Assembly: GCA_002763265.1 (NCBI GenBank)
Contig: PEZQ01000006.1
Coordinates: 94,141 to 158,140 of the forward strand
Source: an archaeon CG10_big_fil_rev_8_21_14_0_10_43_11
Lineage (GTDB): Archaea; Nanobdellota; Nanobdellia; PEZQ01
Direction of reading: 5' to 3'
DNA: 64,000 nucleotides
Part shown: positions 41,002 to 48,960 of the stretch, in pieces
How the letters are laid out: each line of letters starts with the position of its first letter
Numbering within the stretch: position 1 is the first letter of the stretch
Notes under the pieces: model-generated
What the model was told of the DNA's origin: nothing
What the model saw: only the letters and a program-made list of their open reading frames with translations
Database searches by the model: none
Translations under genes and position numbers: made by a program

Positions 41002-41073
41002 GACGTTTAAACTCCCCTGTTTTTATGTGCTACTCATAGTGAAGGTGTTCTGTTAATATAAGATTTCTTAAAG

Positions 41074-41805
41074 TCAAGATGCGCAGCATTGAAAACCAGT
41101 TCCGCAGCTTGGTTCAAGCACGCTCACACCCTCATCACAGGACGGCCTGCACATCCCGCCCGCGCTGTTGCACGCGCGTGCATCTCCGCCCCCAAGAAAC
41201 AAACAGCATGAAAGAGATGCGTCATCGCAGTAGTTTGCATTCTTTCCTAGTTGATATTCAAAATTGCCGCACTGTGGTTTACATTCCCCGCTTTTTTGAT
41301 TTTCGCAAAACGTGATTTTGTCTTGTCCAATTTGCACAAATATTACATCATACACACCGCTTCCGCCTATGGTTTTTGGATGGTAAATAGTTGAATTACA
41401 CTGCATTATTACTTGTCGTATGCCCAAATCACGCAGGCAGGGCACAACTTCGCTTTCGGTTCCAGAACATATGCCAATATAGAGGTCTTCAGACTCAAAT
41501 GCGCGAAGCGCATCTTGAGAGAATCCAAATTCGCGTTCAAGCGTATCAATATTATAGAATTGTATGAGTTGATTTGCAGACCTACTATCAGGAAGGTCGC
41601 TTCGCACTGAATAATCGGTTCCTACAATATTAAACAATAGATTTGAACACATCGCAGCAGTGCGCGCTTGTTCAAGCGAGAGAACACCTTGAAGGGTGAA
41701 TTCACCAATAACAAATTCAGTTACAAGAATGCCGCCAAGAGCAAGAATGATATTAAACAATATTGCAAGGCTGCCAATGAGAAGCGCTCCTTTTTTGTCT
41801 ATCAT
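41074..41805 (-). CDS. 243-aa Cys-rich protein with class III signal peptide
   Basis: MIDKKG|ALLIGSLAILFNIILAL. Confidence 0.5.
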   Translation of the reverse strand: MIDKKGALLIGSLAILFNIILALGGILVTEFVIGEFTLQGVLSLEQARTAAMCSNLLFNIVGTDYSVRSDLPDSRSANQLIQFYNIDTLEREFGFSQDALRAFESEDLYIGICSGTESEVVPCLRDLGIRQVIMQCNSTIYHPKTIGGSGVYDVIFVQIGQDKITFCENQKSGECKPQCGNFEYQLGKNANYCDDASLSCCLFLGGGDARACNSAGGMCRPSCDEGVSVLEPSCGTGFQCCAS

Positions 41806-42926
41806 CCTCGTACGCGTTCCTCCACAACTATGTAGCCATTTGCTGATTTATGCAGTCTCATATAATCAATTGATAAACCACCAGAATATTCTGAAGCCGG
41901 CAGCACTGAGAACATGTAGTAATCGCCTTGGTGGATAAGCAGGGGTGCGTCAGTGAGTTGATATGAATCAGGCAGCGCGCTACAACCAAGCGCGTCTAGC
42001 GGGGTACAGTCAAGAACACTTACTTCATTTTCGCACGCTTGCCATGCAAAGAATTGTCGTGTTGCCCCGTCAAGAAGCTGAAGGATTGCGCGCTTGCACC
42101 CCGGACCAGTCAGGTCTGCAGTGCACCCCGCGATATCGCGCGCACGCGCCGTACCAAGATAGGTGTAGGCAAGCTGATCTTCAAATGTGAGCGTGTTTAT
42201 GCTAATGGGATTTGCGTATTCAGCATAGACGTGGTCTTTAATGTCTTGCAGGAATTGGTTGTAACCGCCGCGTCCTGAAACATCATGACACCCATTGTAC
42301 TTGATAAGACACATGCACGTGCGGTCAGCGCATGCTTCAATAAGTTTTGTGTCGCGAACCAAAGCTAACCCCTGCGCAATGCCTTGCGTGTTTCGAGAGT
42401 CAACAATAATAGTGCCGCTTTGCGCGCTTGCAGCAGGGTTGAGCACAGTTTTTCCGCGCGGTATGCAGCATGCTTGCAAACAGTCTTGACCTTCAGCACA
42501 GCAGGTGAGTGAAGGATACCATGTGTTTGGCGCGCATTCAGTTGAGCACAGACCGTCATCACAGCTCATGCATTGGCCGCCATTTTGCACGCATGAGAGC
42601 CCATAGTCAAAGGTTTCATACCCTTTATTTTTGCCATAGGCGGTTGTTGTGCTGTACACAGCATTGTCTGTGCTTGTTGCAAGATAGAATTGGGTAATGC
42701 TATGCTGTGGGGGGAGCGCAAAATCAAACAAATCGCCTGCAAGGTCTGCTGACTTGCACGCATCCAAAACCGTATCTTTAAAAGAATCAAAACCATCTTG
42801 TGCTGAACCACCGGTTCCCAGGCCAAACCCAAGAAGGGGACCAATCACAATAAGCAAAAGCACGAGCGAGATTGCACCAATAAACACGCCAAGAATGATT
42901 TCAAGCGAGACAAATCCGCGTTTCAT
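41802..42926 (-). CDS. 374-aa minor-pilin/tip-adhesin-like protein with bacterial-style prepilin N-terminus
   Basis: MKRG|FVSLEIILGVFIGAI with Glu at +5; ATGA overlap on both sides. Confidence 0.5.
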   Translation of the reverse strand: MKRGFVSLEIILGVFIGAISLVLLLIVIGPLLGFGLGTGGSAQDGFDSFKDTVLDACKSADLAGDLFDFALPPQHSITQFYLATSTDNAVYSTTTAYGKNKGYETFDYGLSCVQNGGQCMSCDDGLCSTECAPNTWYPSLTCCAEGQDCLQACCIPRGKTVLNPAASAQSGTIIVDSRNTQGIAQGLALVRDTKLIEACADRTCMCLIKYNGCHDVSGRGGYNQFLQDIKDHVYAEYANPISINTLTFEDQLAYTYLGTARARDIAGCTADLTGPGCKRAILQLLDGATRQFFAWQACENEVSVLDCTPLDALGCSALPDSYQLTDAPLLIHQGDYYMFSVLPASEYSGGLSIDYMRLHKSANGYIVVEERVRG

Positions 42927-43885
42927 GTTCGCACAAACACCTCAACGTTATCTATGCGCAGCACTTCAGCATCGCGTGAAATACTAATGCGGTCAAATTT
43001 TTGTGCAGTTAGGGGAAACGCGAGAATTGCGCGGTTGCTTTTTTCAGTAAGAAGGGTTTCATTTGTGCACGCGCCCCTATTTTTAAGAGATTCACAAGCA
43101 ACAATGCTGTATTGGTCTTTGCACTCATAATTTTCAAGAAATGTTTTTGTAAAGGATTTAATCTGGTCAAGCGGGTTTGCACTGCTTGCAAGTGCTATAG
43201 CAGAATAATCATGAAGGTTGTTGAGAATAGCATTTCGCCTGCTTTGTTCTGACGTATACACATACTGAGACAAGGCGGGTTTGTATGCTAATACGCCTTG
43301 GCTGAATATGGTTTGATAGAGTCTGGTTCCTCCTTGCGTGCAGCACACGCCTGAATCACAGGCCCCTTCACGCGCAATTGATTCAACAAGTTGTATTTCT
43401 GTGCTGCCTCTGCATGCAATTGAATTAACATCGCACTCATCTTGTCTGTAACTCTCCTCAGTTCTGCATTGGTTTTTGCAGCTTCCTTCAATTGTGTTGC
43501 AATCCCGCGTAATACAGCTTCCCACATACACAAGACACAGGCAGGTTGAATCAGTGCAATCCTCTTCAAGTGCGCTAATGTTTGCAAACGCTTCCTGCGT
43601 GTTCTTGTTTGAGCTTGTAAAATTAGTTTGGGATTTATCAAAATCTGCAAATTGAAAAATGTGCCAGTTTTCACTCATTTCAAGACCAGGAATGCTTGTT
43701 GATGCGTCAGAACTGCAGGCGTGGGGGAGTTTAAGCGTAAATGTGGCAAAGTTTGCTTGTTCAGAAACCGTTGCTGCAGTGCCAACAGTCACGCTGATGA
43801 TTGGCGCAAGAAAGGGAAGTGAAACAGCAACAATAATAATAGCAATCAAAATAGCAACAATCGTGTCTACTCCCCGTTTATTCAT
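42923..43885 (-). CDS. ~320-aa Cys-rich protein with class III signal peptide
   Basis: MNKRG|VDTIVAILIAIIIVAV (internal Met chosen as start). Confidence 0.45.
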   Translation of the reverse strand: MNKRGVDTIVAILIAIIIVAVSLPFLAPIISVTVGTAATVSEQANFATFTLKLPHACSSDASTSIPGLEMSENWHIFQFADFDKSQTNFTSSNKNTQEAFANISALEEDCTDSTCLCLVYVGSCITRDCNTIEGSCKNQCRTEESYRQDECDVNSIACRGSTEIQLVESIAREGACDSGVCCTQGGTRLYQTIFSQGVLAYKPALSQYVYTSEQSRRNAILNNLHDYSAIALASSANPLDQIKSFTKTFLENYECKDQYSIVACESLKNRGACTNETLLTEKSNRAILAFPLTAQKFDRISISRDAEVLRIDNVEVFVRT

Positions 43886-43920
43886 ATTGAGAATTAGGCA
43901 TACTGCGCTTATTAAATTTC

Positions 43921-44184
43921 TCAAATCAAAACAAGCCGCGGCGCAAAAACAAATGGCTGAGAATACGCGCTGCTTTGGGTTGGCACACCAATGCCCAAGC
44001 GGTCTTCAAGCTGTGATTCTGCTTCATTAAGTGAAGAATTGCCAATGCCAATCATGCGCTCAAGCATAGCACCAATCTGGTCGCGCTGCGTAATAAAAAG
44101 CAGGATAAGGGCTAAAAGCACAAAAATAACTAGCAGTATTGCTGCGATTTGTGAAAAGGTAAATCCTTTTTTAGTCATCATCAA
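43921..44184 (-). CDS. short pilin (KG|FTFSQ class III signal)
   Basis: MMMTKKG|FTFSQIAAILLVIFVLLALILLF. Confidence 0.55.
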   Translation of the reverse strand: MMMTKKGFTFSQIAAILLVIFVLLALILLFITQRDQIGAMLERMIGIGNSSLNEAESQLEDRLGIGVPTQSSAYSQPFVFAPRLVLI

Positions 44185-44187
44185 CCA

Positions 44188-44463
44188 CTATACACAACAA
44201 TGAGGCGAAGCAACAGCACAATTCCATTGCCCAATATCAGTTTCTCCAGCAGCACACGCTGCTTTGCACGCACCACCTTGACCCGTACATGAAGTGAGAA
44301 GTCCTGATACGTTGCCAACGCCTTGCTCAACGCCTTTTGAGATACTTGAGACCGAGCTTCCTGCTCCCTGAATTTGTGTGGCAAACAACACAATCACGGC
44401 AATAAGCCCAAGCACGACAAGAAGAATGACTGCAAGTTGTTGAAATGTAAAACCCTTTTGCAT
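44188..44463 (-). CDS. short pilin paralog (KG|FTFQQ), Cys-knot C-terminus
   Basis: MQKG|FTFQQLAVILLVVLGLIAV ... C..GQGGACKAACAAG...CAVASPHCC. Confidence 0.6.
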   Translation of the reverse strand: MQKGFTFQQLAVILLVVLGLIAVIVLFATQIQGAGSSVSSISKGVEQGVGNVSGLLTSCTGQGGACKAACAAGETDIGQWNCAVASPHCCV

Positions 44464-44496
44464 ACCTCAATTAGAAGCACTTTGCTATTTTAAAGT

Positions 44497-44781
44497 TTAT
44501 TTAGGAACGCAACATTTTGCAGCAGTGCTTGGACAATCACTCGTTCCCGTGTCTGTTTGAGAAGCACTGCATGACGCTTTGCACTCGCCTCCTGCAAGGT
44601 CGCATACAAGTCCTGCCACACTTTCACCTGCTGCTTGCGACCCTCCGGTTGCTTGTTCGCCAACATCAGTAATGCTTCCCCCTGCTTGTCTAAACTGAGT
44701 GGCAGCAAGCACAACTGACACAACAAGACCTAAAATAACCAGAAGCAATACTGCCATTTGCGTAAAGGTAAAGCCCTTTTG
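44497..44781 (-). CDS. short pilin paralog (KG|FTFTQ)
   Basis: MQKG|FTFTQMAVLLLVILGLVVSV ... CDLAGGECKASCSAS...CPSTAAKCC. Confidence 0.6.
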   Translation of the reverse strand, partial: QKGFTFTQMAVLLLVILGLVVSVVLAATQFRQAGGSITDVGEQATGGSQAAGESVAGLVCDLAGGECKASCSASQTDTGTSDCPSTAAKCCVPK

Positions 44782-44837
44782 CATGACTAGTGTTAGAACA
44801 ATCAAATATTATAAAGGTAATTAAAAAAAAGAAGAGG

Positions 44838-45275
44838 TTATGCGCACGTATTGTCTAGTTGGCACGTTCCTGATTCGCATTCTGCATCGTCAGCACAGGT
44901 TGCACCGGTTGGGAGAAGTGACGCACCAGTAGCTGCTTCTTTGCAACAGTATATTGCGCCACTATCCTGACAGCCAATGTCTAAACCCGAGTCAGCATTT
45001 GCTAAATCAGTGGTCGTGCTTCCGCCTACATTGAGGTATACATCGCACGCATCAGCGCATTGCACGCCGCCAATAGTTCTGCACGCGAGTCCTGCGCTTG
45101 CAGTAACTGCTGCTTGTGTTCCTGATGTTGCTTGACTGCCAAGTTCTGAAATGCTTCCCGCACTTGCGCCAAGCTGAGTGCTTGCAAGAATAACGCCAAC
45201 AGTAAGACCAAGAATGACCAGAATAAGTGTTGCCATCTGGGCAAAAGTGAAACCCTTTCTTGACATGGTATTCAT
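44838..45275 (-). CDS. pilin paralog (RKG|FTFAQ), longer Cys-rich head
   Basis: MNTMSRKG|FTFAQMATLILVILGLTVGV; start ambiguous (ATG at 45266, 45275 or 45293). Confidence 0.55.
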   Translation of the reverse strand: MNTMSRKGFTFAQMATLILVILGLTVGVILASTQLGASAGSISELGSQATSGTQAAVTASAGLACRTIGGVQCADACDVYLNVGGSTTTDLANADSGLDIGCQDSGAIYCCKEAATGASLLPTGATCADDAECESGTCQLDNTCA

Positions 45276-45318
45276 ACTAGTGGCTCTTTGCATATTTATA
45301 GTTTATCTGTAAACATGG

Positions 45319-45600
45319 TTATTTTCTGCAGCAAACAAAGTTTTCCCCACTGCACGGCAGGTCAAGGGTGTTTTCAGGCGTGCACGATTCTCTGCATTCA
45401 CCGCCAAAATTCCCGCATTGAATGCTTTGTTCTGCGGATTGGGCTCCTGTTTCAGCACCTTGTGTTGCTGCGCTTTGCAAGTCTGAAATGCTTCCCGCAC
45501 TTGCAGCAAATTGAGTGCTTGCAAGAATAATAGCAACAGTAAGACCAAGAATAACAAGAATGAGCACGGCCATTTGTTCAAAGGTAAATCCTTTTTTCAT
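45319..45600 (-). CDS. short pilin paralog (KKG|FTFEQ)
   Basis: MKKG|FTFEQMAVLILVILGLTVAI ... CGNFGGECRESC...CSGENFVCC. Confidence 0.6.
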   Translation of the reverse strand: MKKGFTFEQMAVLILVILGLTVAIILASTQFAASAGSISDLQSAATQGAETGAQSAEQSIQCGNFGGECRESCTPENTLDLPCSGENFVCCRK

Positions 45601-45609
45601 TTTTTCTCT

Positions 45610-46050
45610 TTAACCACCAACCGTTCCGCCGCCAACCTGACCAAAACTACCCCCACTTAAACATTCTTCTTGTCCAATGCTTGTGCGCCTTCCTCCTGAG
45701 AGCGTGACTTGACACGCGGTTCCTCCAGTAACAATAGTGTCATAACAGTGGTCTTCATCATTAGGATTTCCGTCTTCTTTCAGACTAAACACCGTCGTGC
45801 AGTACGGCAACTCTCCGGCGTTTTGCGGGGTTGCAAGCAGGTTATCCATTGACAAACAATATTGTGTGCATTGGCTTCTTATTGCCGTGATTTCCACATT
45901 GCTTGTTGCACCAGCACTGCTTTGAGCAAGTGATGATGAAAGCCGCGAGATGCCTCCAGTAAAAAGAATAATAATTGTTGAGAGAACAAGCACTGCCAAA
46001 ATGATTTTGACAATGAAATTAAGACTCAAACCCTGCCCCCTCGTGTTCAT
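45610..46050 (-). CDS. 146-aa pilin-like protein (RG|QGLS class III-like signal)
   Basis: MNTRG|QGLSLNFIVKIILAVLVLSTIIILF; Gly-rich C-terminus. Confidence 0.45.
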   Translation of the reverse strand: MNTRGQGLSLNFIVKIILAVLVLSTIIILFTGGISRLSSSLAQSSAGATSNVEITAIRSQCTQYCLSMDNLLATPQNAGELPYCTTVFSLKEDGNPNDEDHCYDTIVTGGTACQVTLSGGRRTSIGQEECLSGGSFGQVGGGTVGG

Positions 46051-46103
46051 GTGTATACTTAAGCCTAAAGGAAGTTATAAATTGTTCGCTAACACACTCC
46101 CGC

Positions 46104-46292
46104 TTAAATCAGGCTGCCCGCGCCCTGCTGTATTGTTTCATTGACAATGTCAACAATGCGTCCTGCCTGACTTGCCTGGCTTTGTTGTGCAACAAACGCA
46201 AGAACAAGCAAAGTAAGCAAAACAAACAGTCCAAGCAGGATGAGCGCGATAGTGTTAATATCAACTGCTTTTTTGGTTAGTTTTGGCAACAA
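46104..46292 (-). CDS. 62-aa single-TM protein
   Basis: basic N-term then TM helix; 16-nt overlap with downstream gene. Confidence 0.35.
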   Translation of the reverse strand: MLPKLTKKAVDINTIALILLGLFVLLTLLVLAFVAQQSQASQAGRIVDIVNETIQQGAGSLI

Positions 46293-46942
46293 AACATATC
46301 CCTCCCATCTCGTGTTTGCGGACAGTACGTATCAAGATTTATTCCATCCTGGTCTTGTGGAACGCGAAATGGGTAGCTTACCGGGCACGTGATGGTGCTG
46401 CGCTGGTCGCCAGAGAGACCAAGACACCCCAAACATCCTTGCACGCACGCGTGCGTGCTTTCAACACCGACCCCAGTAACGTAATCAAAGGTATCCTCTG
46501 AACCAAGACCAACGCGTCTGTCACACGCGCGTCCAAGCGTGCCGCAATCTGCGGGACACGCATCAGGCGCGCACACACTTACCCCATCAAACTCGCATTG
46601 GTTGTCATAGCGCGTTTTTGCACAGCAATAGGCATTATCATCGCTTCGACAGCCCTTAACCGGGATGCGCATGGGGTACGTGCTTGGACACCCATCCCAC
46701 AAGGCTGAGCGGGGGTTTGCATCAGTGTTTGGTCCTATGCAGGTCATGTACGAGTTGTCAGTTGTTCCGCATTCTGATTGCTGGCCAACAATTTCTCTGC
46801 CAAGGTCAGCAACCCTGCCAAGTTGTTTGTTAGCATCAGTAAAAAAAAGAAAGTAGAGCATAATCAACGCGGCAATAATCACAAAAGGCAGGAGAAAAGT
46901 AAATATCGGTCCTTCAATAAAAAAGCTTGCTTTTCTTTTCAT
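46277..46942 (-). CDS. 221-aa N-anchored Cys-rich (18 Cys) protein
   Basis: MKRKASFFIEGPIFTFLLPFVIIAALIM anchor; CC pairs. Confidence 0.45.
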   Translation of the reverse strand: MKRKASFFIEGPIFTFLLPFVIIAALIMLYFLFFTDANKQLGRVADLGREIVGQQSECGTTDNSYMTCIGPNTDANPRSALWDGCPSTYPMRIPVKGCRSDDNAYCCAKTRYDNQCEFDGVSVCAPDACPADCGTLGRACDRRVGLGSEDTFDYVTGVGVESTHACVQGCLGCLGLSGDQRSTITCPVSYPFRVPQDQDGINLDTYCPQTRDGRDMFCCQN

Positions 46943-47085
46943 AGTATGTTTGCTCCTGCATCAACAAGGTCTTGTATGAGGTCAGGAAGGTTTCTTCCAA
47001 GCGTAATAACAAGCAGTACAAACACGACAAATAAGAAAATAAGAAACACCCATACCAGTATTTGGTTTGTCACTCCCCGCTTCAT
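46939..47085 (-). CDS. 48-aa pilin-like micro-protein (KRG|VTNQ..), absent from ORF track
   Basis: MKRGVTNQILVWVFLIFLFVVFVLLVITLGRNLPDLIQDLVDAGANIL translated by hand; its TGA stop overlaps the ATG of the downstream gene (ATGA). Confidence 0.45.
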   Translation of the reverse strand: MKRGVTNQILVWVFLIFLFVVFVLLVITLGRNLPDLIQDLVDAGANIL

Positions 47086-47119
47086 GCACTAGTAGGGGGT
47101 AGTGTGCACATTTATAGTT

Positions 47120-48937
47120 TTATGTGCATGGTGAAAAATCCTGCGCCCCGCATTCTGCGTTATGGTATTGACAGTACCCAAATGCTGGTGAAATGTCTCC
47201 CGCTCGATTTTTTCCGCCTTCATAGGTGAGCCCAAGCGTCAGGTCCGAACACGCGCGCCCGCCTTCCCACAGTACGCGCGCATCTTCTGCGCTGCTGATT
47301 GGTCCAAATGAATCTTCAACAATACATGCAAGCAAACGGTCATTACGCGGCTTTCCGCCGGTAATCAGGTTGAATATTGACGGGTCTGCGACAACTGCTG
47401 CAGCAATGTTTGAACCAAACATAAGCCCATTACAATCGTCCCATGCTGCAGATGAGGCGCGCGCCTGAAAAATGTTGCCCATAAGGATTTCAGCTCCAAC
47501 ATCTTCATCCTGGTATTCGGTTGTCCAGTCCCAGTAACCCAGTTTAAATGAGCCGCTTGTAAGCGTAAGCGGATTGCATTGGTTATCACATGCGTTTGTT
47601 GAATCTTCCCAGGGCCAGCACATGGGGTTTGCATTATCATCATCGCCAAATGCTTCGGCAAAATCACCGGAAAGAAGGCTGCACGGGCTTGTGCGAAACT
47701 GGTCAGGGGTAAGCGTATCATTATACAAGTAAAACGGGAAAATATCTGCGCGCTCCTGCGCGTCTTGCATACGCGCTCCTGCGTACGCGTCAACAATAGC
47801 CCCTGAAGGAGATGAGCCAATGTTTGAAAGAAGTTGTCCAAATTCAGCTCCAGAAAGTTCAATAACCATATCAATTGCAATGCTTGAATCTGAAGGGATG
47901 CTTCCTAACGTGCGCGTGGTTCCTGCTGCAGTAACTTTGGTATTGCCACCTTTGTAGTCTGTGGTAAAAAGAACCGTAGGATAATCAGCAGCCTCACCAA
48001 TTCCCAGGTTTGCGAGTTGCGCTAAAAGCGCGTCTAGACCGGCTACAGGATAGAGGCGTGCAATAAGGTTATTTGTTACTTCCTGACATCCACCTTCACC
48101 AACACTGCCACCAACCTGACAATTCACATAATTAGCAGGGCAGGGTGAGCCGTCATTGAAGCTTTTACTGCAGTACATGATTTGGGTGCGCATGTTTTGA
48201 GGCAGGCATAGCGCGGGGGTTACTTCTTTTGTTTGTGAACCAACTGAAAGCGTACAGTCAAGGTCTTGAATGTCTTGTCCGTTAAGCCATACAAGTTTTC
48301 CTTCTGACGCGCTTTGCGAGTCTTTAATACGCGTGGTGTAAAACGCGCTTGCGTACAAATAATCTGAAAGGGTCATTTGAGAAATGCTTTTAGTTAAAAA
48401 TAACGCAGGACTGCGCGAGCTTCCCGCAGACCAGACAAGCGCAGAAGGCACGGATTCTAAAAATGTATCACCAGTGATGCGCGCACTCTGAGAAAAATCG
48501 TATTCTGTTGCAGCACACAGTGCAGGGTTTCCTGCAGCATACAGTGGTTTGAGCGCGCTTCCCGCATCATACATGCCCCAGCAAAGCGAGCCATACCGTC
48601 CGGCCCACTGCCCAAATTCAAGGGAGTTTGTGAATGTGCCATGAGAAAAGATAGGACAAATTGTTTCTATCGGGATAAGTGAAGCCACGCGTTGCGCGCC
48701 TCCAAGCGCGCGACCAAAAAGGTTAAACCAGCCTTGCGGGCTTAACAGGTCACCGCCCGTGACTTGGCTGCCAATGGTTCCGCGAATAGTTGCAAAATCA
48801 TTGCAAATGTCTGCACGAAACTCATCAAGACCTGATACGCGATTGACAAGCAGTACAAATGCTGAAACGGTGAGAATTGCGAGAATAATAATTGATATAA
48901 TGAATGTTCCGATTCGCTCTCTGTTCTCTTCTGCCAT
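47120..48937 (-). CDS. 605-aa N-anchored extracellular protein
   Basis: basic N-term plus TM helix (RERIGTFIISIIILAILTV), 20+ Cys, no known domain recognised. Confidence 0.45.
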   Translation of the reverse strand: MAEENRERIGTFIISIIILAILTVSAFVLLVNRVSGLDEFRADICNDFATIRGTIGSQVTGGDLLSPQGWFNLFGRALGGAQRVASLIPIETICPIFSHGTFTNSLEFGQWAGRYGSLCWGMYDAGSALKPLYAAGNPALCAATEYDFSQSARITGDTFLESVPSALVWSAGSSRSPALFLTKSISQMTLSDYLYASAFYTTRIKDSQSASEGKLVWLNGQDIQDLDCTLSVGSQTKEVTPALCLPQNMRTQIMYCSKSFNDGSPCPANYVNCQVGGSVGEGGCQEVTNNLIARLYPVAGLDALLAQLANLGIGEAADYPTVLFTTDYKGGNTKVTAAGTTRTLGSIPSDSSIAIDMVIELSGAEFGQLLSNIGSSPSGAIVDAYAGARMQDAQERADIFPFYLYNDTLTPDQFRTSPCSLLSGDFAEAFGDDDNANPMCWPWEDSTNACDNQCNPLTLTSGSFKLGYWDWTTEYQDEDVGAEILMGNIFQARASSAAWDDCNGLMFGSNIAAAVVADPSIFNLITGGKPRNDRLLACIVEDSFGPISSAEDARVLWEGGRACSDLTLGLTYEGGKNRAGDISPAFGYCQYHNAECGAQDFSPCT

Positions 48938-48960
48938 ACGTGTTCTAGTCCTCTTTATTA

